NCBI RefSeq assembly: GCF_009914755.1 | Contig: NC_060934.1 | DNA: 64,000 bases | Reading direction: 5' to 3' (one strand) | Source of the DNA: the human T2T-CHM13v2.0 reference genome, Homo sapiens | In this document: positions 53,197-64,000 of the stretch, piece by piece | How positions within the stretch are numbered: the stretch's first letter is position 1 | Layout: each line of letters starts with the position of its first letter | Made by a program: the position numbers and the translations under genes | Notes under the pieces: model-generated | Database searches by the model: none | Told to the model about the DNA's origin: nothing | The model's input: the letters and a program-made list of their open reading frames with translations, nothing else

Positions 53197-53752
53197 GTAG
53201 GGGAGGAAAATTATCTTCTCTTTCTACCCATTTAGGTTCACTGGCTGGGGCCCTGTATTTAGATTAACAAAAGACAGATTAAGGAGAAGAACAAACAGAA
53301 GTTTGTTAACACTTGCATCATGCATGCCCTTTGGAATATCCAGGGATGAATGGTCAGAATTTGGGCTTAAATAGCATATTCACAAAAGAGCAGTAAGTTT
53401 TTAGAGAAGTGACAAGACAGAGGAGAAGGGCCTGAGTTTCTGGGGAGGCGAAGGGTGGGAAGGTCACCGCACGGGGAGCTGCGGGAAGGGAAGGGCTTCA
53501 GCGGGACGTGCTGTGCAGGTTCCTCTGGTGCCCTCTCCAGGCTGAGGAGGGGCTCGGGTTGTCTCTGGTGATTAACTCCATCATTGCCTAGAGAGGGACG
53601 GGGGCACACCTTGACAAATTTATGTCCTGCTTTTTGGCAAATAGGGGAGGGCAAAGAGCCTCACTTGTATCTTCTTCTTCTCAATTGCCAGCCGCTCCAC
53701 TTAATCCTTATGCCAAAGTGGCAGATCTGGGGGCCCTGTTCTGCCTCCCTTC
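53197..53752. mobile_element. ERV1 solo LTR (MER34/MER39-like)
   Basis: TGTAGGGGAGGAAAA...AAAAGACAGATTAA... terminal signature; subfamily uncertain. Confidence 0.55.
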
Positions 53753-53911
53753 TGCATGAGCAGGAATCTCTCAGGGCAGCGCTGTTAGCGAGGTCTGTGT
53801 TCTTAGGGTTCCCTGCGCCCCTAGACGCACATTTTCTATCAGTTCCTAATCTGGAACAGACAGAGGTGATCCTAATCTCCCGTGATTTTTGTAAACCACC
53901 TTCTTTTTCAG

Positions 53912-54033
53912 AGCGGACAAAATTAAAAGACTGCGAGTACCCGCTGATTTCCAGAATCCTGCATGGGCCATGTGAGAAGATCGCCAGGATCTTCCTGATG
54001 GAAGCTGACTTGGGCGTGGAAGTCCCCCATGAA
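53912..54033 (+). CDS. RASSF4: RASSF4 exon 9 ([41 protein letters not shown])
   Basis: TTTTTCAG| acceptor, GAA|GTGAGT donor. Confidence 0.95.
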
Positions 54034-54868
54034 GTGAGTGGGGGCCAAGGCTGGGGAGGCCTGCTCTAGGGTGAGGGGTTCTTGGGTGACGGGGCCTCCC
54101 AAGGACTCCTGGCCAGAGCCCTGTCAGTTGATGTCTCCAGGAGCTCCACACTCTCCCAAAGGGCTCCCAGCCTAGCACAGGGAGGCGCCAGCCCTCCCTC
54201 TCCCATCAGTGACCGCCAGCACCAGCAGCTTAGGGGAAAGAAGAATTTGGGTCCTATAAAACCATGGCCTGTCCTTTTCCTCTAGGGAAGTAAAGTCTTT
54301 TCCTTCATTGGAATGTATTTTGTTGTCATTATGTGAGAGACCTATGCAAAGGCTTTTTAACTAGGCCCTACCTCGCACCTGTGGAAAACAGGGAGATATT
54401 TAAGTCTTACCAACAGCCTGAGTTCTGACCAGACAGTGAGTGCATTTCCAAACTCCTCTGCATAGAAGATGCTTACAGGGTTTGAACCTCAAGTAGGAGG
54501 CCTAGTGACCCCGTATCCCTCAGGCTGCTGCAATTGCATTCCATTGTTAGAAACAATGGTGCTCCCACCTCCCTACCCCCTAGCCCAGAGGGCACCCAAT
54601 GTGACAATGCTGCTGTACTGAATGCTCTTCCTAATATTCAGTTTAATATTTCCTCCCAGGGATAACAGTTGCCTTTGAGATAGTAATAGGCTCCCGTCCT
54701 GGCATCTGTACACAACACAGCAGTGTGGGGGTGGGGTGGGAAAAGCGGCAGCTCCTTCTGTGGATACAAGATGTTGGCTGGATGGGCCACTATGGAAGCC
54801 TTGAGGAAAAGAAAACATACTTTTGGCTTCGAATTTAAAGCACATTAAAATGTTCTTGGATTTTCTAG

Positions 54869-54966
54869 GTCGCTCAGTACATTAAGTTTGAAATGCCGGT
54901 GCTGGACAGTTTTGTTGAAAAATTAAAAGAAGAGGAAGAAAGAGAAATAATCAAACTGACCATGAA
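54869..54966 (+). CDS. RASSF4: RASSF4 exon 10 ([33 protein letters not shown]), SARAH domain
   Basis: TTTTCTAG| acceptor, AA|GTAAGC donor. Confidence 0.95.
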
Positions 54967-56232
54967 GTAAGCAGCACTTAAACAGACAGTCATGGGTCCT
55001 GAACATCAGGGCAGGTCTGCAAAGCACAGCACCAGTGCCGGCTGGGAGGTCTCTCTCCTCCATGGGCACCAGTACCCTGGTACGGGAAGGCCTGCTAACC
55101 CTAGCTCCCCAGCATCACCCTCTGGCCCCCTGCTCGGTATTGCCACCACGCTGGGGTGACAGCTTGCCAAAACAGTGGGACACAGCCCCGATCACCCATC
55201 CAGTCTTGGCATCCTCACCAGCGCAGGCATGAGCTGCAGAACACCTGGCAGGAAAGTCAGGCAGGAACCCAAGTGGGCGCTGGGTCAAGCTTCTGAGTTC
55301 TGCTGGTGATGTGGCTCCAAGGAGCAGGCATGCTGAGGCAGACTTGGCCTGATTAGGGCCTTTTGTCCTAGTGGGAATTCTGAGCCTTCCCCAAAGTGGC
55401 AGATGCTGGAACTCCCAGCCTCAGCCGATGTTTTCAGGTGCAGAGGGCTAGTTCAATGAAAAGGTGAGCAGGTCTCACCTGCCAGCTCCTGGGGACACCA
55501 CGCCAGGGTCCGGATGCATGAGTTAGCCAGGCTGTAGTCCCAATGACGTCTCCCCCTCAGCAAAGTGAAGTGTGGTCCAGGACTTGTGGAGGGCACCCCA
55601 CCAGGGCTGGTGGGGAGGCAGCTAGGAAGGAAAGGGCAGGAGCTCACTGAGAGGGCCTGGGGTGTGTGGGGAAAGGATGGATGTTAGCCTCTGGTTGAAT
55701 GACCCGTGGAAAGCCACATCCTCCACAGGCTCCTGTCTGTGCAGCCAGACCCCAAACAGGCAGAGGAGACCAAAGTCAGAGGGAATCTTCCATTCTGCAG
55801 TCAGTCCTGACCCCGTAAGATTTGAGAGCTGAAAGGGATCTGGGGGGCAACTAGTGGGTCCACTCAACGTACAGAGTGGACGCTGAGGCCCAGCACAAGG
55901 AAGGTTGCCGCATAGGTTATGGCAGAATCTGGGCTGAAACATGGGCTTCCCGATCTCTGCTCTACCGCCCTGTCCACTCCAGTGTGCTGTTGTCTGTATT
56001 AGAGTCTGCAATAGAAATGACAACACTCTGCTCTGATGCTCTGTGCAGTCCACAGCCTGGTTTGACTGCACCTCATGAGGCGCAGGCCACAGCCTTCCCC
56101 CTCCTTGGCAGAGGAGAGATGAGGCTGCTGCAGGGATCTCCTGAGCTGGCCATCTGCAGGTCCCTTGCTCTGCTGCCCACCTCCCTGCCCTGTCTGGCCT
56201 CAGTGAGTCCTCTTGGCGATGTCTCCCTCCAG

Positions 56233-56293
56233 GTTCCAAGCCCTGCGTCTGACGATGCTGCAGCGCCTGGAGCAGCTGGTGGAGGCCAAGTAA
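56233..56293 (+). CDS. RASSF4: RASSF4 exon 11 coding part (FQALRLTMLQRLEQLVEAK*)
   Basis: CCAG| acceptor; TAA at 56291-56293; summed CDS is 966 nt = 321 aa + stop. Confidence 0.95.
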
Positions 56294-57651
56294 CTGGCCA
56301 ACACCTGCCTCTTCCAAAGTCCCCAGCAGTGGCAGGTGTACACTGAGCCCTGGTTGCTGGCCCCGGCCGGTCACATTGACTGATGGCCACCGCCTGACGA
56401 ATCGAGTGCCTGTGTGTCTACCTCTCTGAAGCCTGAGCACCATGATTCCCACAGCCAGCTCTTGGCTCCAAGATGAGCACCCACAGGAAGCCGACCCAGG
56501 CCTGAGGGGCCAGGAACTTGCTGGGTCAGATCTGTGTGGCCAGCCCTGTCCACACCATGCCTCTCCTGCACTGGAGAGCAGTGCTGGCCCAGCCCCTGCG
56601 GCTTAGGCTTCATCTGCTTGCACATTGCCTGTCCCAGAGCCCCTGTGGGTCCACAAGCCCCTGTCCTCTTCCTTCATATGAGATTCTTGTCTGCCCTCAT
56701 ATCACGCTGCCCCACAGGAATGCTGCTGGGAAAAGCAGGGCCTGCCAGCAGGTATGAGATCTAGCCTGCTTTCAGCCATCACCTTGCCACAGTGTCCCCG
56801 GCTTCTAAGCCTCCAATATCACCCTGTGAGCCTCGCACAGCTCAGCCCCAACACAGAGGTGAGACCAGGAATAAGGCCACAAGTATCTCACTTTCTCTGC
56901 AGAAATCAATCTTTACTTCATCAGAGAGACCTAAAGCGATTCTTACAAGGAGCTTGCTGCAAGAAACACGGTCATTCAATCACATTGAGGAGGGTCCACA
57001 TGGCATTGAGAGGGTGCTGCCCGCTCAATGCCCAGCAGCAGCTCTGGAAGGCAGTGCTCAGCCCCATCACCACTGTCCCGTGGATGCCTGTGTACCTCTT
57101 GCCTTTTCTGGGCTTGCGTTTCTCTCCTCTAGTGGGTGGGGATGACTTTCAATGACTTTCAATACTTCCCCTGAAGGAAGAATGATAAGGAGAAATGTCT
57201 GTTTTGAGGAAAGGGCTTTGAATTCCCCAGATACTGAACAATTTGTGTTTGTGACTGATGGAGAATTTCAGGAATGAATGAGAAAGCCTTTGCGAAACTA
57301 TGCAACAGTTTACATCAGTCATGTGAAGTATTTGTCTAAAACAGAGCAAACTGAAGACCAAATTATTCTCCTGTTGAGGTCCGTGGATGGCAGATTTAAA
57401 GGGAAGAACCACAAAGGCTTGCAAAGATAGGAGAGGCTCCATCTCTAATGCATGTAGAAGCTCCTTACGGGTGCCCATCAAGAGCATAGCTTGGAAGCCA
57501 CCATGCTGTGCGGAACTGCGTCAGGGCAAATGTCACAGCAGGATTTCCCCAACCCAGCTCCATCATCACAGACACAGAGAGCTGCAGGGGAGGCCTGCCC
57601 ACTGTTTTGTCGACTCTGCCCTCCTCTGGCAGCATAGATCCTTAGGTGCTC

Positions 57652-57657
57652 AATAAA
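57652..57657 (+). terminator. RASSF4: RASSF4 proximal poly(A) signal AATAAA
   Basis: AATAAA followed by GT-rich sequence and a T-run at ~57695-57710. Confidence 0.7.
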
Positions 57658-58828
57658 GGTGTGCTGTATTGAACTGAAGAAGTGAGAACCAAGCTTTTTT
57701 TTTTTTTTTTGCTTTCTGTGCATCCACCCTGACCCCCGGCTCTAACTTCTGAAACTCTTATCCTAAAGGATGTGTGGCCATGTTTGGCAGAAGAGCCACA
57801 ACTCGCTGCTCTAGGAGCCGACATGACTCCTTCATTTCTGTGCATGCCCTGGGGACTAGGGTGGAGCCTGAGGAGAGGCTGCCATGGAACACGCAGGCGT
57901 CACTGGTGGGAGCCTAGAGGTGACCTGGATGATGAGCAATAGAGTCACCCCGAGTCACAGAATCTTAGCATCAGGAGGGCCCCAAGAATCTTCCAGGCCA
58001 GGGGCTCAGGTGGGATGGAAGCAGGGCCTAGGAGAGGGTACAAAACAAATCAAACAGGAGCTCCCAGGTAATTGTACTCCCAAGCTATTATTTACAATCT
58101 CAGGTGGAGGACAGCTCCTGTCCCATTGTTCAGCTGTAACTGAGTGACTGCCTTGTGCCAGGCCTGTGCTCAGCCCTGGAGGCACAAAGATGGAGCCAGT
58201 CTGTCCTGTGTCTAGGGGTCTTCTCATCAGGAGAAGAAGGCCAGACACTGGAAGGGTCAAGAGATCAGCTGAGCAACGAACCGGCAAAGCTCCTGGGAGT
58301 GAGGTGGAGGCCAAGGCAGAGTTGGCTAAGAAGTGCATGTGGCGTCACAGGCCAAGATGCACCTGCCAGCTAGGAGCAGGCCAGGTCCTGGCACACAGGA
58401 AGCCAGTGGAGCAGGAGACCCTCCCTAAGTACCAGCCTGTTTGGTTGGTTGGTTTGCTTTTGAAAGTTATTACAATATTATTTAAGGCCTTTTCGGATAA
58501 GTTCACTTTTAAAGTAGGTGTTATCAATCTAATTTCTGAACGTTATGGGTCAGAAAAATCACTAGCAAGTGGCTCAGAAAAAGGGAAAAGGTACACTTCT
58601 GCAATCAGCTGAGGAGTTCACACCTTTTTTTCTAAATCAACATCATATTTGCTGTTCAGAGGCAATCTGAAAAGCTGCAAATTCAGCTCACCTCAACCCC
58701 ATAATTTCAAACGTTAGAGGCTGGTCTCTGTGGTTTCCTACTGGTTCCTGTGGGGAGCTCCCGCTTTCTTTCTCCATAGAGCTTAGGGTATTTCTCATAT
58801 GCCCCATTGGCTACCTAGTGTCTCAGGT

Positions 58829-58834
58829 AATAAA
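58829..58834 (+). terminator. RASSF4: Candidate distal RASSF4 poly(A) signal AATAAA
   Basis: Canonical hexamer ~1.2 kb past the proximal signal. Confidence 0.45.
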
Positions 58835-59778
58835 CGTATCCGAAGATAAAGCAAAGATTGCTATGGGAGAGTGTTGTCTCCTAAAATAGGACTGTCTTGC
58901 CAGGCCAGGCCTCAAGAACCAGAGAGAATAATAAACAGCACAGGATGAAATCAGCATGATTGCAAAAGGACTGGACTCAGGAAAAACAAGTTTGTTTGCC
59001 CAGAACAAATTACCAGAAGGGATCAAAAACATCTTGTTTTTCTTTGGTGATAACCATATGCTACCGGATTGGAATGTTTACCAGAAAATGGAATAAAGAC
59101 CTTCCCACTGGCAAAATAGAGCCAGGGTTCACCCAGGATACATCTGGCCCCTTAGTCCCATGGAAACAAGGCCCAAAGCTTATCCAGTCTGACCAGATGA
59201 TTTGTGGAGGAACCAGCCCTGCAAAATGTGTCCCGGGTGTGTAGGACGCAGGTGCCTTGCAGCTGCGGAGGGGCAGCGGGATATCCTTGCCAGGTGCAGT
59301 GGTGGGCAGCATCCCCCTGCCCTCAGTTCCTCAGTGGTGATCAGACAGGAAGCTTGGTCGATCAGAGCCAAGCAACTGAGTATAAAAACAGCCAGATGCA
59401 TGGGCTATATTTAGGCCCTGAGAGCTGCGATTGTTTGGGATCAGGCTAGCTGCTCACGTGCCCTGCCTGAGACTCACGTTGTGCAGGGTAGGGCCCTGTG
59501 CCCTCCTGGTCAACTTTTAACAGAGATGTTTTCTCAGACCTAGGAATGGGAACTCCCAGGGTTTTCTTTCCCAGAGAGTCCAAAGGAAACAGAAAGCCAA
59601 GTCTCAGGCTTGGTGGAAAGAACCATTGTTCAGGATCCCTGGGCTGAGAGTTCTTGGTGGGAGACGGACCACTGTTGTTACCGCACATGAGCCACACCTA
59701 TAACTGCCTTTCTGGCACTTGGGCTGGGGATCCATGTTGCCAAACACAGACCCAAGGCAGCAGTGCTCCCTGCTGAGA

Positions 59779-59783
<5 letters not shown>

Positions 59784-59810
<27 letters not shown>

Positions 59811-59823
59811 CTGTGTGTGTGTG
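59784..59823 (+). repeat. (TG)n microsatellite
   Basis: Direct reading. Confidence 0.92.
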
Positions 59824-60312
59824 CGCAAGCCAGTGGTGTGCAGGGGACAAAGACATAGGAAAATGAAACTGTCTTGCCAGGATTTTTCTCACCCCAGAAG
59901 ACTCTTTTTCCTGGAATGAACCCTTCAAATACCACTGGGCTCAGGGACACACTGGTCCCTGCTGGGTAGTTTCCCAGAGATGTCCCAGCCACTAAGGGAT
60001 CTGGCCTCTCTTGGGCCAGAATCCCCAGAAATATGTGCAGAAAGATGCCCAGACTGTGTCCACCCCCTGCCTCCCACACCCTTGTTCCCTTTCTCCCTTG
60101 TGTTTTGTAAATATCATGCGTGACCATTTTCAATAATTTAATTTGCATAAAAATTGCCTAGAATCCCATTTGGGAGATAGACTGTTATAGAGAGGTTAAT
60201 AGGCTCTGGAGCCAGGCTTTCTGATTTCAAAGTCTGGCTTTGCCACTTACAAATGTGCATGACCTTGGGCGAGTTTCTTGCCTCAGTTTTCTCATCTGTG
60301 AAATGGGGATTC

Positions 60313-61154
60313 TGTGTGGAAGAAAACAAAGTGCTTTCTACTATTCTCTCACTCAGCAGCAATAATCACAAAAGACTTCTGTGACCAAACGGGGTGAGGG
60401 ATTCTCCCCACACACCAACCAAGCAATCATTTCTGCAGGGACACCAGCTGGGTGTCCTCTAATTCAGTTTTGACACTATCTACTTGGAGATGGCATCACC
60501 TCCCATAGGTTGAGGGCTCAGTCCCATAAGATGGTCTCCACCCTTCCCATTAGTTACAAGCCCTGGCCTCTGGAACTTGTGAACTACCCACTTCAAGTTG
60601 GGATTCTCGTGACCCCCTCCTTGGGTTAATTTGCAAGAGCGGTTCACAGAACTCAGCGAAACACATTTCCTGGTTTATTACAAATGATATTCCAAAGGAT
60701 ATAGAAAAAGAAATGCATATAGTGAGGTATGAAGGAAAGGGTGCGGAGCTTCCATACTCCTTCCCCTTTGCACCCCCCGACCCCAGGTGGCACCCTCCAG
60801 TAACATCCATGTGTTCAGGTATCCAGAAGCTCTCTGAACCCAGTCCTTTGGGAGCTTTTATGGAGACTTTGTAACACAGGCATGATTGATTAATCCATCA
60901 GCCATTGGTGATCCACTTCACCTTCAGTTGCCCTCCTCCCCAGATGTTGATGGGGTGGAGCTGAAATTGCCATCCTTCTAATCCTGCTGTGGTCTTTCCA
61001 GTGACCAGCCCCATCCTGAAGCTACCCAGGGGCTGCCAGGCATCAGTCAACTCATCAGCATATAAAAAGACATCACTTTGGAGATTCTAAGGATTTTAGA
61101 AGTTGTATGTCAGGAAACGGGGAGAAGATCAACTATGTATTTCACAATATCACA
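60313..61154. mobile_element. MER21-like LTR inserted in a MIR
   Basis: GACACCAGCTGGGTGTCCTCTAATTCA...ACAATATCACA; MIR core CCTCAGTTTTCTCATCTGTGAAATGGGGAT on the left. Confidence 0.7.
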
Positions 61155-62599
61155 GGATAATAACAATTCCTATCTCTTACGGTTGGTGGGAGGTACATTA
61201 GTCAACTTTAATGCAATAATACCACCAAGAATCTCAGTGTTACAAGAGCATTTGTTTCTCTAACATTACGTGGGACCGTTGTGGTTACATGTGAGCTTCT
61301 GTGGCTCTGCTCCATGTGTCTTATCATCCTGGTTCCTAGACTAAAGGGGCAGCCCCTACTTGGGACATGCTATTCTCAAGGCAGAGGGAAAGAGCAGAGT
61401 CCTGGCAGAAACACAATGACTTGAAGTTTCTTCTGGGATGTGATGTACCCCTTGCATCCAGTCACATGCGGTCAGCCAATTCAAATCAGTGGTCAAGTCA
61501 ACATCAGTGGGACAGGCATGTGGTTCACCAGGAGGCACCGGAGTCACACCACAAAGTGCAGGGACCAAAACCAGAGAAGGTGGAGCAAACCCTCAGGAAT
61601 AATCATGCCTCAGGAATCTCACGTGAGATCCTCAAATGCTGCAAACAGTGCCTGGCACACAATAAGCACTCAATAAGTGTTAACTATTATTATACTAACA
61701 GCTAGGCTGAAGGCATAAAACCCTACCTGCTTTCTCTCCCTGTCTTTTTCCCATTCTCCTTTACCCTCCTCTCCTTCATATATTTTTCTGGCTCTCCCTC
61801 CTCTCCATCCTTACTGCCCAGGACTCTGTCCACACTTAGGGACACACACCCCTTTATTTCCTGACTTTCGTCTCTCTCTTTTTAAAAAATCCATCCTCGT
61901 TTACCCAATGCTTTAGTTGACATACCTCTGGCCCTTCTATGGCTGGCCCAGTTGTTTTCAGGTATAGGAAAAAGGGATAATCCATCTTTATGTAGACATT
62001 AAAGGAGTTAGTTTTAATTAGTAACTACCTTACTAACAAAATGGCTTTTTAAAAATTATCTTTTTATTTTAGTGTACATAGAGCAGACAGTCCCAACGGG
62101 TCATGTTTGCTCCTGACGCTTTTCCTAAACCATTTCTAGATCTCTGGCCATTGCCCTTTACCCCAAACTCTCCAACCACCAGCATCAACCAACTTATAAC
62201 AATTTAATAATAAAAGTAACAACGACTCTCATTTCTTCTGTGTTATACATTGTGCTAAGTGCCTTACATTACCTCATTTAATCACTGCAATAGTCCAGAT
62301 ACTCTCTAGATTGCGAGTGGAGCTTCTTTGTCCAGACCTCATTCAGCTTTGTGCTTTGCCATATGCAGAGACAGCTCCCTACAGAGCAGAAAGCCCCAAC
62401 TTAAGAGAATGAACCTATGACTTAGTTTAGCCTCCACCAACAAACCACTGTATTACTTCAGGCAGGTCAGCCTCTCTTGCTTCAGTTTACTGATTTGCAA
62501 GACAGATATGATAATCTGTGCTTCATGAGACTATGGTGAAGATGAATAACCAGAAGATAAGATGTAAAAGTACTTTGTAAACAATAAGGCATCTTATAA

Positions 62600-63330
62600 A
62601 TTCATTCATTCAACAGCTATTTACTGAGTGTCTGTTCCCTGCTGAGCACTGTTTTCAGCACTGCAGACACAATAAAGAACTAAAGAGACAGATCATGAGA
62701 GGCATCGGGTGCCACTGCGAGGTCCTTGGCTTTGCTCTAATAAGTTGGGAAGCCTTTGAAGGTTTTGAACAAATGAATGACATGATCTAACTTAGGTTTA
62801 AGAGGATTACTCTGGGGCCGTGAATAGACTGTAGGGCAACCCGTCTGGAAGCCAATATAATAATCCAGAAGGTGGATGAAGGTGGCTTGGTGGTTATAGC
62901 AGTGGAAGTGTTGAAAGTGGCTTGATAATGAATATATTTTAACGATGAAGCCGACAGAATTTGTGGATAAATCACAGGTGAATTTTGGATGAAAAAAAGA
63001 AGAGACAACAGTGACATCAAGGTTTTTGGCTTGAGCAACTGGAAAGATGATGGGATCTTCACCCATCCCTGGGAAGAAGACTGTTGCAAGAACAGGTTAG
63101 GTAGATATCAGGAATTCATTTGGGGGGTATGTTAGGTTTGGGATGTCCATTACACATGCAAATGCAGCTCTTGAGTAATCAGTTCGATATACAAGTCTAA
63201 AGTTCAATAACATTTATGTCCCACAGTCAGACTGGAGTTACCAATGCGGGAGTCTTCAGCATGCAGCAATAGCATTGGAAGCCAAAAGGCGGAGGAGCTC
63301 CCCAGGGAGTGGGGGAACACGGAGGTCAGC
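62600..63330. mobile_element. L2 LINE fragments
   Basis: TTCATTCATTCAACAGCTATTTACTGAG and CAAGGTTTTTGGCTTGAGCAACTGGAA L2-like signatures. Confidence 0.6.
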
Positions 63331-63333
63331 TGG

Positions 63334-63372
63334 TCAGATGACTGAGCACGGCCAGGATGGCTGAGGAGGAGC
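63334..63372 (-). CDS. C10orf25: C10orf25 / ZNF22-AS1 putative ORF, exon 2 (APPQPSWPCSVI*)
   Basis: TTCCAG| acceptor; 330+39 nt = 122 aa + stop. Confidence 0.55.
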   Translation of the reverse strand, partial: APPQPSWPCSVI

Positions 63373-63485
63373 CTGGAAGGAATAAGAACAAAGAGAGATC
63401 ATTACTAATGAGCAACAAAAGGGGTGTGTTGAAATCAGACTTTGGAGCCACAAAGAACCATTCCAATTCTGGGTCGTCCGCTTAC

Positions 63486-63815
63486 ACACGGTGAACGGAG
63501 CACATTTCTTCTCTGAGCCTTGGTTCCTTTCCTGTAAATGGAGTATAACCACTCCCATCTTGCAGGAGCTTTTTGGTGATAATTAAGGTGACTTCGTGAA
63601 AAGTACCAGGGTCTCAAAAATCTCAAATTTTGTGGAAAGTATGCAGTTTCTAGGTTGGAGAGGCTAGAGTTTGGTTTCAAAAGCCTCGACCACACACAGG
63701 GGCGGTTACAGCTCTTGAGGTCCCGGGGGTCACAGGACGCCTTCCGAGTTGGGGGGAGGAGAAAACAAAACCACAGGAAGAAACGAACAACGCTTTCGGG
63801 TGGGCCCGGGACCAT
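63486..63815 (-). CDS. C10orf25: C10orf25 / ZNF22-AS1 putative ORF, exon 1 (MVPGPPESVVRFFLWFCFLL...RSPC)
   Basis: ATG 63815; donor TGT|GTAAG at 63486/63485; matches my recollection of the 122-aa C10orf25 sequence; coding status doubtful. Confidence 0.6.
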
Positions 63816-64000
63816 AGAGGGTCGCTCCGCCACTTTCCTAGAGCGACCGCGGCGGCGCCAGAGCGCGGCGAGGCCCTCACTTCCGGCGGCGCGGGAGGCG
63901 CCCAGCGAGCCAGAGTGGTGGCTGGTCCCGCGCGGTGAGTGGGATTGGGGCACTTGGGGCGCTCGGGGCCTGCGTCGGATACTCGGGTCCGCTCGGGAGC
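63680..64000. promoter_or_regulatory. CpG island, bidirectional ZNF22/C10orf25 promoter with ETS/GABPA motif CACTTCCGG (63878-63886)
   Basis: High CpG density; ETS core typical of bidirectional promoters. Confidence 0.8.
63840..63934 (+). other. ZNF22: ZNF22 exon 1 (5' UTR; start approximate)
   Basis: GCG|GTGAGT donor in the CpG island; gene identity from known locus order, no ZNF22 coding sequence in the window. Confidence 0.6.

Noticed and set aside
53584-53911. Open frame running from the LTR into exon 9
   Set aside because: LTR-derived, no evidence of a TSS or acceptor; probably chance
55622-56452. 276-aa minus-strand ORF over RASSF4 exon 11
   Set aside because: No promoter, splice or homology support; GC-rich shadow frame

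Overview
Human genomic DNA, recognisable as the 10q11.21 RASSF4 locus. It holds the complete + strand RASSF4 gene: CpG-island promoter at ~22.3-23.0 kb, non-coding exon 1, and 10 coding exons that I could splice by hand at GT/AG sites into a 966-nt, 321-aa RA + SARAH domain ORF. DEPP1/C10orf10 (2 exons, 212 aa) is nested antisense in RASSF4 intron 3. At the right end is the CpG-island head-to-head arrangement of C10orf25 (ZNF22-AS1, - strand) and ZNF22 exon 1 (+ strand). The first ~22 kb is repeat-dense: a large ancient L1 with nested Alus, a 5'-inverted L1PA, MaLR/ERV LTRs, MER58 and microsatellites. I found no evidence for a new multi-gene system. The best leads are: (1) a ~102-bp near-identical copy of the RASSF4 intron 9/exon 10 junction inside intron 8, i.e. 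a decoy 3' splice site; (2) two PP2A-B56-type LxxIxE motifs at the two ends of DEPP1, one overlapping its PTS2; (3) a junction-spanning RASSF4 uORF whose fate depends on which of three tandem AG acceptors is used; (4) an in-frame hydrophobic 27-aa extension of exon 5; (5) a perfect 24-bp fold-back palindrome in a Tigger1 remnant. Repeat subfamily names and gene identities come from recognition, not database searches.
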